From Candidatus Heimdallarchaeota archaeon (GTDB taxonomy: Archaea > Asgardarchaeota > Heimdallarchaeia > Heimdallarchaeales > Heimdallarchaeaceae), in the NCBI GenBank assembly GCA_030603365.1, contig JAUVXV010000013.1, forward strand, positions 68,330 to 132,329: a DNA stretch of 64,000 nucleotides, read 5' to 3'. The notes under the pieces are model-generated. The model searched no databases. It saw only the letters and a list, made by a program, of their open reading frames with translations, and had not been told where the DNA came from. Shown piece by piece: positions 10,378 through 20,359 of the stretch (position 1 is its first letter; each line of letters starts with the position of its first letter). Made by a program: the position numbers and the translations under genes.

Positions 10378-11271
10378 CTAGTTCTTTCTCTTTCTATAAA
10401 CAACTAATCCTATTATAAACAATCCAAACAATGAAAAGGCCCAATTGAATGGAGCACCCACTGGAACGCTTGTACTCTCTATATGTAACTTGACAATATC
10501 GTCGTCTATATCAAGCGAACCATCAATTTCTCTTTCATAATGTTCTGAAAAATCATAGTTAATGTAAGAAAGTATTCCTGTATCAACATTAAAACGAATT
10601 TCTATTTTTTCTATTGTTTTGGTTAGTTCCTTTTGCCAAGGTTCTACTAGGTTTTCGACTTTCTCATCAATATTACGTTCTACCTTCAATGTCCAGGATT
10701 TTGAAGTTAGTTTTGAAGATTGTATAATTCTAGTTTTTGTATATTCATAGGTATCGTAGGTTTCACTTTCTTCCGTTTTGTCTACAGAAATTTGCTGAAA
10801 ATTATTCTGAAGAATTTCAAAGAAATTGTAAGATCCTGTTTGATTTTCATATGTGGTAGGTTGAATGAAGAAATCTATATCTATATCTAAATCCTCAAAA
10901 TCTAACCAATCCAATCTAATCAAACCTATTTCATCAGTTATATTGGTTTTAAATTCATCATTTAGATAGAATTCAGCCCAAATGTTGTCTTCTTCCAATA
11001 ACTCCGAAGGTGTTCCATTGGTTACATTATTCACATTCTGTATAATTTTTACAGAAATGGTGTCCCCTTGATCTAATCTGTCATCACCGAAATCTAGGTA
11101 TGGTGTGTCGATTGTCCCACTTACTACGAGTTCTAGGACTTCCCAATCATAAGTTGCATCTACAGTTAATTCATCAGGGTATGAATAATCTTGACTGTTT
11201 ACAAGATAAATTCCTGATGAAATAAACAACAATACCAATGTTACAAAAAATTTTATTTTTATTCTTTTCAT
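10378..11271 (-). CDS. Acidic cell-surface protein with signal peptide and C-terminal TM anchor
   Basis: N-terminal hydrophobic segment, N-glycosylation sequons, ends APFNWAFSLFGLFIIGLVVYRKRKN. Confidence 0.8.
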   Translation of the reverse strand: MKRIKIKFFVTLVLLFISSGIYLVNSQDYSYPDELTVDATYDWEVLELVVSGTIDTPYLDFGDDRLDQGDTISVKIIQNVNNVTNGTPSELLEEDNIWAEFYLNDEFKTNITDEIGLIRLDWLDFEDLDIDIDFFIQPTTYENQTGSYNFFEILQNNFQQISVDKTEESETYDTYEYTKTRIIQSSKLTSKSWTLKVERNIDEKVENLVEPWQKELTKTIEKIEIRFNVDTGILSYINYDFSEHYEREIDGSLDIDDDIVKLHIESTSVPVGAPFNWAFSLFGLFIIGLVVYRKRKN

Positions 11272-11326
11272 ATAAACTCACTTAATTCCTTTTAGATAAT
11301 AAAATGTACTATTCAGAAATAAACTT

Positions 11327-12517
11327 TTGCGTTTCTTAATGAAAACAGTTAAAGATTCATACTTATTTACAACAGTTGCAATAAAATTTTTATTAAGGGT
11401 AATTATATTGGCATATTGTAGTGTGGGATTAATGATAGGTTATAGATTCTTCAAATGGCTGAAATTATTATTCTTCAATGGTTTCAATATCCGCTTGAAA
11501 CACGTTCCTAAGGTCATGACAATTACTTTTATCAATTTTCTATTATATCCATTTGTTCTTAATGAACACTTTAAAGATAGAAGACGAATTAAACAAACTC
11601 AGATACTAAAAGATCCTATCTTTATTGTTGGTCATTGGAGAACTGGAACAACTCACTTACACAAAATGTTGGCATTAGATAAGCAATTTGACTTCATTTC
11701 TTTAACTGAAACTGCTTTTCCTCATTTAATCTTGGGGCAATCTAAGATACTTAACAGATTAATGAGACCCTTTATTGTTAAGAACAGACCTACAGATAAT
11801 GTTGAAATGTTTCCTGAAATGCCGCATGAGCACGAATTTGCCTTAATGGTCTTATGTTCTCACTCACCAATCCTAGGGATAGCATTTCCTGATAAATTTA
11901 ATTATTACAGAAAATTCACTACTTTCGAAAATGTCGGTCCACGAAAAATCATTGAGTGGAAGAAACAGTTTATGTTTCTGGTTAAAACTCTTACAATTAA
12001 GTCTGAAGGGAAACAATTGGTTCTAAAAAATCCTTTAGATACTTTTAGGATTAAATTAATTTTAGAACTCTTTCCAAACGCGAAATTTATTCACTTGTAT
12101 CGAAATCCTTACGATGTGTTCTATTCTTCTTTGAAACTTCATAGACATAATGCTGAGATATATGCTTTGCAAAGACCAACTTATGATTTGTATCAAGTAG
12201 TTTTGGATAATTTTGTAGAGATGTACGATAATTTCTATGAAGAAATACAACATATTCCAGAAGGAAATTTTGTTGAAATAAAATTCGAAGATCTTGCTCA
12301 AAATTCAATTTTAGAACTAAAGAAAATCTATGATTCTTTATCTCTCAAGAATTTTGATAAAGCAGAATCTAGATTTCAACAATATCTTGATTCTGTGTCT
12401 GGTTACAAACCAAGCAATTATGATGTGAAATCAGAAGATAAGAAAAGAATCTACTCTCATTGGCACAAAACAATAAAAAAATGGGGATATGAAAAAACTC
12501 CACAAAAAATCTCTTAG
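11327..12517 (+). CDS. PAPS-dependent sulfotransferase (true start probably ~11408-11432)
   Basis: PIFIVGHWRTGTTHLH (5'-PSB loop), LVLKNP, FIHLYRNPYDVFYS (3'-PB motif). Confidence 0.9.
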   Translation: MRFLMKTVKDSYLFTTVAIKFLLRVIILAYCSVGLMIGYRFFKWLKLLFFNGFNIRLKHVPKVMTITFINFLLYPFVLNEHFKDRRRIKQTQILKDPIFIVGHWRTGTTHLHKMLALDKQFDFISLTETAFPHLILGQSKILNRLMRPFIVKNRPTDNVEMFPEMPHEHEFALMVLCSHSPILGIAFPDKFNYYRKFTTFENVGPRKIIEWKKQFMFLVKTLTIKSEGKQLVLKNPLDTFRIKLILELFPNAKFIHLYRNPYDVFYSSLKLHRHNAEIYALQRPTYDLYQVVLDNFVEMYDNFYEEIQHIPEGNFVEIKFEDLAQNSILELKKIYDSLSLKNFDKAESRFQQYLDSVSGYKPSNYDVKSEDKKRIYSHWHKTIKKWGYEKTPQKIS

Positions 12518-12540
12518 ATTCTTTGGGAGTGTTAAACATG

Positions 12541-13758
12541 CTATACTGATTGAGATTTTTCTTTCTCTTCTCTAACAATTTTTATGAACTCAGGAATGAT
12601 TTCTAACATATCTCCAACTATCCCAAAATCTGCTACATCAAATATTACTGCTTCAGGATCTTTGTTAATTGCTATAACTGTATCAGCTGATGTCATACCT
12701 ACAAGATGCTGAATAGCACCCGAAATACCTAGAGCAAAATATAGTGTGGGTGAAACTGTTTTACCTGATTGACCAACTTGTTGAGGATGGGGAAGCCAAC
12801 CTAAATCGATTAAAGCTCTTGAACCTGAAACAGTCCCATCTATTACTTCTGCCATTTCTTGTATAATTTGTAGATTTTCTTTACTTCCTATTCCTCTTCC
12901 AGCTGAAACCAAAATATTTGCTTCTTCGATATCTAAACCTTCATCTTGAGAAATAATCTCTTCAATAATCTTAGTTCTAATGCTGATTTTTTCTAGAATA
13001 ACATCAACATCTTCAATAATTCCTGTTTTAGTTGCGTCTGGTTTTGGTTTAGAGAACACTCCAGGACGAACAGTTGACATTTGTGGTCTAGTATAAGGTG
13101 AAAGAATTGAAGCCATGATATTACCACCAAAAGCAGGACGAGTTTGAACAAGTTGTCTTGAACGGTTAATATCTAATCCTGTACAGTCTGCAGTAAGACC
13201 TAAAGCAAGACGGGCTGCAATACGAGGGGCAAGATCTCTTCCATTTGGTGTAGCTCCATAAAGAACAATCGATGGTTTTTCAGCAGCAATTACACTAGAA
13301 ATAACATTTGTGTATCCATCTGTTGAATAGTCTTCTAGTAATTCGTGCTCACAAAGATATACTTTATCTGCTCCATGTTGGAATAAAATAGGAATTAAAT
13401 GCTTAACATCTTTTCCTAATAAAATTACAGCTAATGATTCTCTTAATTTATTTGCTAACTCTTTTCCCTTTCCTAAGAGTTCTAGAGCAACATTCTTGAT
13501 TTCAATAGCTTCTCCTTTTCTTTCCCATTCTCCCCAAATAAAGACATTCTTAAACAAAGCGATTTCATCTTCTGAAATGGCTTTTCTTTCAATACTCAGA
13601 GCATCTACAGGACAGGCATTTACACAAGTTCCACAAAGAGTACAATTGTCTAAAACTTCTGCTTTCTTTGTTTCTGGTCCAACAACGATTGCACCAAAAG
13701 GACAGACTTTTTCACAGATTTTACAACCAATACATGTTTCTATATCTACTATTAACAT
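12541..13758 (-). CDS. etfA: Electron transfer flavoprotein alpha subunit with N-terminal 2x[4Fe-4S] ferredoxin domain
   Basis: [12 protein letters not shown] and [12 protein letters not shown]; [32 protein letters not shown]. Confidence 0.95.
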   Translation of the reverse strand: MLIVDIETCIGCKICEKVCPFGAIVVGPETKKAEVLDNCTLCGTCVNACPVDALSIERKAISEDEIALFKNVFIWGEWERKGEAIEIKNVALELLGKGKELANKLRESLAVILLGKDVKHLIPILFQHGADKVYLCEHELLEDYSTDGYTNVISSVIAAEKPSIVLYGATPNGRDLAPRIAARLALGLTADCTGLDINRSRQLVQTRPAFGGNIMASILSPYTRPQMSTVRPGVFSKPKPDATKTGIIEDVDVILEKISIRTKIIEEIISQDEGLDIEEANILVSAGRGIGSKENLQIIQEMAEVIDGTVSGSRALIDLGWLPHPQQVGQSGKTVSPTLYFALGISGAIQHLVGMTSADTVIAINKDPEAVIFDVADFGIVGDMLEIIPEFIKIVREEKEKSQSV

Positions 13759-13762
13759 TCCA

Positions 13763-14566
13763 TCACACACTCAAAAACTTGTTTTCCTTAAGATAATCAA
13801 ACAGTTTTTTTGCTGCAACCTTAGCCTCACTGCCATCAATTATCTCGCCCCCTGTTTTACTTAGAGGAGCAAAAATTTTGTCTACTTGGGTAGGAGACGC
13901 GCTCAACCCAATCTTCTCTTCATCAATATTCAAATCGTCTGCAGAGAACGTTTCCAAAGGTTTATCTCTAGCAATACAAACATCTCGCATTGAAGGGATT
14001 CTTCGAATATTGGATCCTTTACTCATAGTTACTAATGCAGGCATCTTGGCAGAAAGAATTTGATATCCTTTCTCAGTCTCTCTCTTAACTTCCACTCTTT
14101 TGTTGTTGATTTTCACATCGACACCATAAGTAATCTGAGGGATACCAAGTTGTTCAGCTGTCTCGGCTGGGACTTGTGCAGTATCACCATCAATAGCCTG
14201 TTTTCCTGTTAAAATTAGATCGAAATCAGGTTCAAGATTGGCAACACCCTCTTTTAGTGCTGTTGAAGTTGCCCAAACATCAGATCCTGCAAATTTTCTA
14301 TCCGAGAGTAGATATGCCTTATCTGCTCCTAATTCTAAACACCTCAACAATACCATCTTAGCTTGTGGAGGTCCCATACTAATTGCAGTAACCTCTATTT
14401 CTAGCTCAGGATAATCATTCTTCAATTTAACAGCTTGATCTAACGCATACTCACAGTAAGGATTTAGGATTGAAGCCACACCTTCTCGAATTAAAGTTCC
14501 TGTTTCTGGATCCACAGCTATTTTATCGGCTTCTGGAACTTGTTTTGCTAAAACTACGATTTTCAT
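13763..14566 (-). CDS. etfB: Electron transfer flavoprotein beta subunit
   Basis: [11 protein letters not shown] start at 14566; [29 protein letters not shown]. Confidence 0.95.
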   Translation of the reverse strand: MKIVVLAKQVPEADKIAVDPETGTLIREGVASILNPYCEYALDQAVKLKNDYPELEIEVTAISMGPPQAKMVLLRCLELGADKAYLLSDRKFAGSDVWATSTALKEGVANLEPDFDLILTGKQAIDGDTAQVPAETAEQLGIPQITYGVDVKINNKRVEVKRETEKGYQILSAKMPALVTMSKGSNIRRIPSMRDVCIARDKPLETFSADDLNIDEEKIGLSASPTQVDKIFAPLSKTGGEIIDGSEAKVAAKKLFDYLKENKFLSV

Positions 14567-16206
14567 TGTTCCATCTCCCTTCCAAAAATGTTTCCACAAT
14601 TGAAAACACAATCGGGATCAATTGCAAATTTCACAATTCTCATCTCTTGGACTCCTTCCTCTCCATACATAATCTTGAGATATTCGTGCTTGATTTTACC
14701 AATACCATGTTCAGCTGAGATAGAACCTCCAAACTCAACAGCTTTTTTAGCAAATTTCTTGTAAAGCTCTTTTCCTAATTTAAGGTCTTCCATATTTCTA
14801 GGAAGGATATTAACGTGAACGTGATTATCCCCGATGTGACCCCATTCAACATATTCCAATCCTGCTTCTTTTAATTTTGTACGGTAGAAATTCATCATTT
14901 CTTTCAAGTATTTATCTTCAACAGACATATCTGTTCCCAATTTGTGAATTTCTGAGAATTGCTTCTTACGTTCAGCAATAATATTATTTACTATCTCTGG
15001 TACAGCATGTCGGAAGTGTTTGAAACGAGCTATTTCTCTCTCTTCATAAGCACACCAAGTATCGTCTAGAGAAGAATTACACTCTATCAACATATCGGAA
15101 ATTTCATCAAAACATTTCTCCAACGTTTCTTCTGAATAATCAAGATTAAACGAAATCGCTGCTAATACATCTTCTCTGATTTTAGGAATGTTAACGAACT
15201 TGGGATCTTCTACTTGTTTATTCCTTAGTAAAGTCAAGGCTTTGTCGTCAAAAAACTCAATGAATTCAGGTTTGAATGATTCACTAGACCTTAATTTTTC
15301 TACGAAATCAATTGCATCATTTTCATCCTTGAAAAAGACTATGTTTGACATTGGTGCTATATATTCTTTGAGCCAGATATCCGCTTCAGTAATAACTCCA
15401 AAAATTCCTTCTGAACCTATAAACAAGTCTATTAAGTCCATGTTAGGTTCTGCCCATATACCTGCAGCATTTTTTGCTTTTGGCATCATATATGTAGGAA
15501 TACGGATGAGATATTTCTCACCAGCTGTTTGAATGATGAATTTTCCATCCACTGCTCTATATTTCCCTCGAGGAATACTTAAAACCTCACCTGTACCAAG
15601 AATAACTCTCAGTTTCTTTATCCAATTCCTAGTTGCACCGTACTTGAATGAACGAGCACCAGAAGCGTTAGCGCCAATAGTACCTCCAATAGATGCTGTC
15701 ATTTCTGTGGGGTCAACAGGATAGTAATAAGTAGGTTCAGTTTCGAATTTTTCTACCCAGTTTTTATCTTGAGGAATGCTTTTTTCCTTCTCTATTTTTT
15801 TGAGTTTTACAATATCATTAATCTCATTAAGAGAGATAGCAGGTTCTACTCTTAGAAACCACCTCTCCTCCTCCTCATCAAAACCAAGACCGATTACATG
15901 ATCCATTCTTTCTAATGAAAGAACAGCTCCTCCAAATGGAACTGCACTACCTACAATACCTGTACGAGCGGCAGATACAGTAATCATTTGCTCTTCTTCT
16001 TTCATTTTTTTCACAAATGAAGATATTTCCTCTTCATTATTTGGGAAAAATAGCCATTCAGCATGACCACCACTTATTTTTGATTCATCTACAAGGTAAC
16101 TAGGATAGGATGCAGATATAATCATCTCCCCCTTAACTGACTTTAATTCTTCAAATGGTAGTGTTTCTATTTTTTGAGCTTCAATAATATTCTCAGACAA
16201 CAACAA
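14563..16206 (-). CDS. FAD-linked 2-hydroxyacid dehydrogenase (GlcD / D-lactate dehydrogenase family)
   Basis: YYPVDPT, ASIGGTIGANASG, FIGSEGIFGVIT, GHIGDNHVH, SAEHGIG; overlaps the etfB start. Confidence 0.9.
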   Translation of the reverse strand: MLLSENIIEAQKIETLPFEELKSVKGEMIISASYPSYLVDESKISGGHAEWLFFPNNEEEISSFVKKMKEEEQMITVSAARTGIVGSAVPFGGAVLSLERMDHVIGLGFDEEEERWFLRVEPAISLNEINDIVKLKKIEKEKSIPQDKNWVEKFETEPTYYYPVDPTEMTASIGGTIGANASGARSFKYGATRNWIKKLRVILGTGEVLSIPRGKYRAVDGKFIIQTAGEKYLIRIPTYMMPKAKNAAGIWAEPNMDLIDLFIGSEGIFGVITEADIWLKEYIAPMSNIVFFKDENDAIDFVEKLRSSESFKPEFIEFFDDKALTLLRNKQVEDPKFVNIPKIREDVLAAISFNLDYSEETLEKCFDEISDMLIECNSSLDDTWCAYEEREIARFKHFRHAVPEIVNNIIAERKKQFSEIHKLGTDMSVEDKYLKEMMNFYRTKLKEAGLEYVEWGHIGDNHVHVNILPRNMEDLKLGKELYKKFAKKAVEFGGSISAEHGIGKIKHEYLKIMYGEEGVQEMRIVKFAIDPDCVFNCGNIFGREMEQ

Positions 16207-16334
16207 GCTCCTCCAATATATCTTTACAGTTAGTTGAAGCGTGGGTTAAAAGTGTATAAAAATATAATTACTTGTCCATATTCTAATTAGACTTACAATA
16301 GCTTTAAAACTATCATAGATTCAACTATTTTAAG

Positions 16335-16577
16335 ATGGTAGAAATTGAGGTAATTTATGGAACTGAGTGGTGTGGAGATTGCAATAGATCAAAGAAATTC
16401 CTAGATGAAAATGATGTTTCCTACAAGTGGATAGACATAGATTTTGATGACAAAGCGAAAGAGAAAGCAGCAGAATTAAATGGTGGGAAATGGCGAGTTC
16501 CAACAATAGTATTTTCTGATGCTTCAATACTCAGAGAACCTTCAAATGAAGAATTAGGGGAAAAACTTGATGTTTAA
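16335..16577 (+). CDS. Glutaredoxin-like / NrdH-redoxin
   Basis: WCGDC active site and VPT cis-Pro motif; 80 aa. Confidence 0.9.
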   Translation: MVEIEVIYGTEWCGDCNRSKKFLDENDVSYKWIDIDFDDKAKEKAAELNGGKWRVPTIVFSDASILREPSNEELGEKLDV

Positions 16578-16679
16578 TCAATTTCTGTAATTTTAATTTC
16601 CTATTAATAATTATTTAGAATAAATATCTACAGTAAACAAAAACAATACTTTACTAATGAAAGGGGGAAGAAGAATTCC

Positions 16680-17663
16680 TCAAAAGAGACTATTTCTTCT
16701 TTTTCTAATAATCAAAACAGCTAAGCCAATAATAGCTAAAATACTTGCAAATAGAAAGAAACTACCTTCTTCAGTTTGTTCTACTTCATATTTCATGGGA
16801 TATTGATCAAAAGAATCAGCAGGTCCATCTATGCTGTATGTTCCTGCACCGTCGTAATCATCCCACCAATTGCCATATTGGTGTAAAGCTTCAAACCATT
16901 GATTACTGCTTCCTTCGTCATACCCTTGACTGGTTATGTCCCCAGTTCTAACTCCATCAATATTGTAAGTGGGCTCATTAGAGTTGTTAACGAAGGTGTT
17001 GTGATAAATAATATTATACATACTGATGTTTCCGACAATGACTAATCCATGTTCATTGCTGTTACGAATGCTGTTGTTGGTAATATCATTATAACTGGAA
17101 TCACGAATATTGATTCCTTGGTAATAACTTAATAGAATATCATTGCCTTTGATAGTGCAATGGTGAGCTTCGTTTAAGTGAATACCTTGCATAAATCCTG
17201 ATATAGTGTTGTTCTCAATCAGAGTATAATTTGAACCAATAGCAATTCCTCCTCCATAAGTGATGCTGCTGGATAAAGTGTTATTGAGTATCTTTGCAGT
17301 TCCAGACAGTACTGTAGACTGAATAAAAATGCCTATATATTTGGTGACAATGTCACAATTTCGAATAATAAAATAAACGTTGGTACCGCTAATCACAATA
17401 GCCGGATTCCCATCACCAGTAGAAACAATATCTAAGTTTTCAATAAGATAGGGGTTAGATGAAGAACCATTACCAGTAAAACCAAGCGTATCAAAGTCAT
17501 CATCTGAATTAATAAAAACAGGAAAAGAAGCATCTAAATCCGCTAATCGACTAGATGAAGACCCAGAGTTTAAAATTGCAGAAGAAGGGTGTATTGTCGA
17601 GCTGTAAACAAGTAAACAGCTGAAAATAATTATGATTAATATCTTTTTATTTAATGATACCAT
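16680..17663 (-). CDS. NosD/CASH parallel beta-helix surface protein
   Basis: GxGSSSNPYLIEN, repeated GIxL...NxIxxN, GNWWDDY; signal peptide and C-terminal TM + basic tail. Confidence 0.88.
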   Translation of the reverse strand: MVSLNKKILIIIIFSCLLVYSSTIHPSSAILNSGSSSSRLADLDASFPVFINSDDDFDTLGFTGNGSSSNPYLIENLDIVSTGDGNPAIVISGTNVYFIIRNCDIVTKYIGIFIQSTVLSGTAKILNNTLSSSITYGGGIAIGSNYTLIENNTISGFMQGIHLNEAHHCTIKGNDILLSYYQGINIRDSSYNDITNNSIRNSNEHGLVIVGNISMYNIIYHNTFVNNSNEPTYNIDGVRTGDITSQGYDEGSSNQWFEALHQYGNWWDDYDGAGTYSIDGPADSFDQYPMKYEVEQTEEGSFFLFASILAIIGLAVLIIRKRRNSLF

Positions 17664-17730
17664 AAATAATTAGAAAATAAAGGTATATATTAAATTTAGC
17701 CAAAAAAAGAAAAGATGAGTCCTAACTCCA

Positions 17731-18168
17731 TCATTCAGTATTGTCTTGTCCAGCTTTCACAGGAATTTCTTCGGGAGTGGTGGCTGGAACTTCTGCTTTG
17801 TCCTCAACAGGGACACTAACAGGAGTGGGACGAACAGAAATGGGTTCAACTCCAAGTTTTTGTAGTGTTTTAGTATACTCATCAGTGAGGAAGAAATCTT
17901 TCAGAACAATCCAACTAGTAGGGATGATAACTGGAAGCTTACCTATACCTTCTGCACAAGAATGAGAAATCTCATCAAGGGATTCTTTTTTATCAACAGT
18001 ACCGCATTTTAGACAAATCTTCCAACGAGCAGATCGTTGATAGAGCTTCTCAACGGTTTCATTATAAATTTCAAAACCTGAACTTAAAGGAGCATCTTGC
18101 AGGTCAAGTGTAAAACGACGGGCTCGAGATTTTATTTGTGTTTTCTCAGCATCTTTGACATCTGGCAT
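17731..18168 (-). CDS. Uncharacterised CxxC...HxC zinc-binding family, copy Z1
   Basis: SARWKICLKCG...HSC...PVIIPTSWIVLKDFFL, shared with four other ORFs; GGAGG SD upstream. Confidence 0.88.
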   Translation of the reverse strand: MPDVKDAEKTQIKSRARRFTLDLQDAPLSSGFEIYNETVEKLYQRSARWKICLKCGTVDKKESLDEISHSCAEGIGKLPVIIPTSWIVLKDFFLTDEYTKTLQKLGVEPISVRPTPVSVPVEDKAEVPATTPEEIPVKAGQDNTE

Positions 18169-18196
18169 TTATTTTCCTCCTTTAAATTTTTATTAT

Positions 18197-18227
18197 ATGT
18201 GATACATACTAATACATATTATATATA
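18197..18227 (-). promoter_or_regulatory. TATA box + ATGT-N13-ACAT palindrome upstream of Z1
   Basis: atgt 18197-18200 and acat 18214-18217; minus-strand TATATATAAT begins at 18227, 10 nt before the motif. Confidence 0.6.
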
Positions 18228-18437
18228 TGTGTATGTGTTGGCAAATCTTGCCTATAAACATATTTTGTAATCATAATAGACACATAAAGCGGAAACTTCT
18301 GCCTCAATCTTTACTTTCAATTCCTATTAATTAAACATCATTAAACATATTTTACCTTACTATTTAGCATTATTTCGTTTTTTTATAATCTGTTCATATG
18401 TCATCATAAAGCGGTAATATATGTAATCATAGTTTTG

Positions 18438-18468
18438 TTTAAATACTATGTCATCATAACTATTACAT
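18438..18468 (+). promoter_or_regulatory. TATA box + ATGT-N13-ACAT palindrome upstream of micropeptide operon 1
   Basis: tttaaata 18438, atgt 18448-18451, acat 18465-18468, then AAGGTG SD. Confidence 0.65.
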
Positions 18469-18495
18469 AGAACAAGAAAACCAAGGTGGAAAAAA

Positions 18496-18699
18496 ATGAA
18501 AATGGAAATACAAAAACTGTTGGACCGTGAGCTAAGGAATCTTTACGCGGATCTAACTCAGCTTACCAAAGCTCTTGCAACCAGATATCCTAGAAAACAT
18601 GATCGAGTGTATATCGATTATCGCATTGAAACCACAACTAGGTTTTCGAAACTCGACTTACGAAAGTATTGCGAAAACAAAGGTGATAGAATTGAATGA
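18496..18699 (+). CDS. Coiled-coil micropeptide A1 (67 aa)
   Basis: SD aaggtgg; EIQKLLDRELRNLYADLTQLTKA aligns with A2 and A3. Confidence 0.75.
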   Translation: MKMEIQKLLDRELRNLYADLTQLTKALATRYPRKHDRVYIDYRIETTTRFSKLDLRKYCENKGDRIE

Positions 18700-18838
18700 A
18701 CAAGAATTACACACACTGTTGGATCAGAAAATAAAAGCACTCCATAGGGAGTTGAATCAGCTCAGAAGAGCTCGTCGCACCAGAAGAGCAAAAGCTCGTT
18801 CTAGGTACTCAATCGGGCAAATACCCCTTCAAGGGTAG
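18692..18838 (+). CDS. Arg-rich coiled-coil micropeptide A2 (48 aa, TTG start)
   Basis: SD aaaggtgat before TTG 18692; MNEQELHTLLDQKIKALHRELNQLRRARRTRRAKARSRYSIGQIPLQG; clear paralogue at 20360. Confidence 0.82.
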   Translation: MNEQELHTLLDQKIKALHRELNQLRRARRTRRAKARSRYSIGQIPLQG

Positions 18839-18878
18839 GCTCGGTTCTTGCTCCTTTTAATAACCCAGGTGATATGAA

Positions 18879-19142
18879 ATGGCTGTAAAAATACAATTAA
18901 AATCCTCTCATGACCTAATTGCTGAACATGTAAAGATACTATATGATTTCGAATTTGTAGATGAAGAAAGTTATTACTTATTCCTTAAACAATTAGTTGA
19001 ATCATTACATGCTTCAGTAGAAGAAGAATCAAAGAAAGCTGCAAAACGTATATATGAGAAAACCATTGAGGCAGAAGTTCGAAATGCTAAGGACAAAATC
19101 ATGGCAAAGAAGCTTCTCCTGTTTGGGTCAATGTACTATTAA
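18879..19142 (+). CDS. Hypothetical protein (87 aa) in micropeptide operon 1
   Basis: SD caggtgat; helical and charged; no motif recognised. Confidence 0.72.
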   Translation: MAVKIQLKSSHDLIAEHVKILYDFEFVDEESYYLFLKQLVESLHASVEEESKKAAKRIYEKTIEAEVRNAKDKIMAKKLLLFGSMYY

Positions 19143-19282
19143 TTTGTATGAGGAATATCCCGTGATAAATCTAGCTCTCTTAAAACCTAATCCCGCTTAT
19201 ACCCTTCCTGGGTATAGCGATTTTTTACGATCACTAAGAAAATTACTAGAATTGAAAACAAAAGAAAATAGAGGTGTCTAAT

Positions 19283-19435
19283 ATGGCAAACAAAGTTGTA
19301 AATATAAGAAGAAAAATGAAATATGAAAAAATGAAAGAGAATGCATGGAAAGTTATGGGATATGCATTTTTATTTACCCTATTAATGGTATTGGGGCTCA
19401 TAACCTTAACTGCTTTATCAAATTTCTTACTTTAG
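19283..19435 (+). CDS. Single-TM micropeptide B1 (50 aa)
   Basis: SD gaggtg; MANKVVNIRRKMKYEKMKENAWKVMGYAFLFTLLMVLGLITLTALSNFLL; 13/47 gapless identities with B3; T-rich tract follows. Confidence 0.8.
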   Translation: MANKVVNIRRKMKYEKMKENAWKVMGYAFLFTLLMVLGLITLTALSNFLL

Positions 19436-19610
19436 AAATTTGACACTTTTTTTAATTTTTATTACATTCAGTTACCGATTTTTAGAAATATATTGTTTCT
19501 ATGTTGAAATTGTGTAGTAATATTTGAACACACATCTATTCAAATCCGCTTCTAATGCTTATTTTGTAGGTGTTCCTAAATCTAAGGTAATTTGTGCCAA
19601 CGGGCAAATG

Positions 19611-19640
19611 TTTATTAACATGTATGAGTTTATTCTACAT
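19611..19640 (+). promoter_or_regulatory. TATA box + ATGT-N13-ACAT palindrome upstream of Z2
   Basis: tttattaa 19611, atgt 19620-19623, acat 19637-19640. An upstream tgccaac is also shared with the Z1 promoter. Confidence 0.6.
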
Positions 19641-19652
19641 GAGTAACGTAAT

Positions 19653-20081
19653 ATGACCGACATGACCAATGCTCGAAAAAAAGCAGTTCGATCTAGAGCA
19701 AGACGTTTTACGCTAGATCTATGGGATGCTCCGCTTGATTCAGGCTTAGAACTTTATCAAACAATAATTGGTGAATTATATGAAGGGTCATCAAGAATTA
19801 GACTTTGTTTAAAATGTGGCGCTATTGATTCTATTCAAGATCTTAAGAAAGATAACCACGCTTGTGCTCTTTCATTTAAGAGTTTTCCAGTTTTAGTAAC
19901 TACAAGTTGGAAACTATTATCTGACTTCTTTCTAACAGGTAGATATGTTGAAGCCTTGCAACATCTTGGTGTTGAATTAGGCGTACGAGAAGTTGTTACT
20001 GTTCCAGTTGAGACAACTCCTGAAGTACTTACTACTATTGAAGAACAAGAAACTGCACGTGTATCTGTGTCAGATAAGTAA
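19653..20081 (+). CDS. Zinc-binding family, copy Z2
   Basis: SRARRFTLDL identical to Z1; CLKCG...HAC...PVLVTTSW..LSDFFL. Confidence 0.88.
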   Translation: MTDMTNARKKAVRSRARRFTLDLWDAPLDSGLELYQTIIGELYEGSSRIRLCLKCGAIDSIQDLKKDNHACALSFKSFPVLVTTSWKLLSDFFLTGRYVEALQHLGVELGVREVVTVPVETTPEVLTTIEEQETARVSVSDK

Positions 20082-20263
20082 GTTTTTTTAACTTTTTCCT
20101 TCAATTTTTTATGTGTTTTTGAGTATAAAATACCCCTTTTTTCTATTTGTTTTCCGACATCTTCGGCCATATTTGCCTCTATTTTCTTATTGATTTACTG
20201 TGGTCGTATGTGCAATACAATGCACTAACGACCCAGAAAGGTTGTTTTTTACACCTAAAAAAG

Positions 20264-20335
20264 ATGTCTGAAGAAATCAGACAATTCTTTCTTCTAAAAA
20301 TGCCTTTATATATGATGTCGGAGTAAGTCAGACAT
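20264..20335 (+). promoter_or_regulatory. Tandem operator TGTC(T/G)GA-N5-TCAGACA flanking the TATA box of micropeptide operon 2
   Basis: Perfect IR tgtctga-agaaa-tcagaca 20265-20283; second copy tgtcgga-gtaag-tcagaca 20316-20334; tttatata at 20305. Confidence 0.75.
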
Positions 20336-20359
20336 AGAAAAACCCAAGGTGTAAAAAAA

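Noticed and set aside
18575-18691. N-terminal extension of the 87 aa track ORF
   Set aside because: It overlaps A1; the SD and paralogue A3 indicate a TTG start at 18692.
19054-19281. 75 aa track ORF (or 39 aa from GTG 19162)
   Set aside because: It overlaps orf87 and has no paralogue or motif. The short version cannot be excluded but is unsupported.
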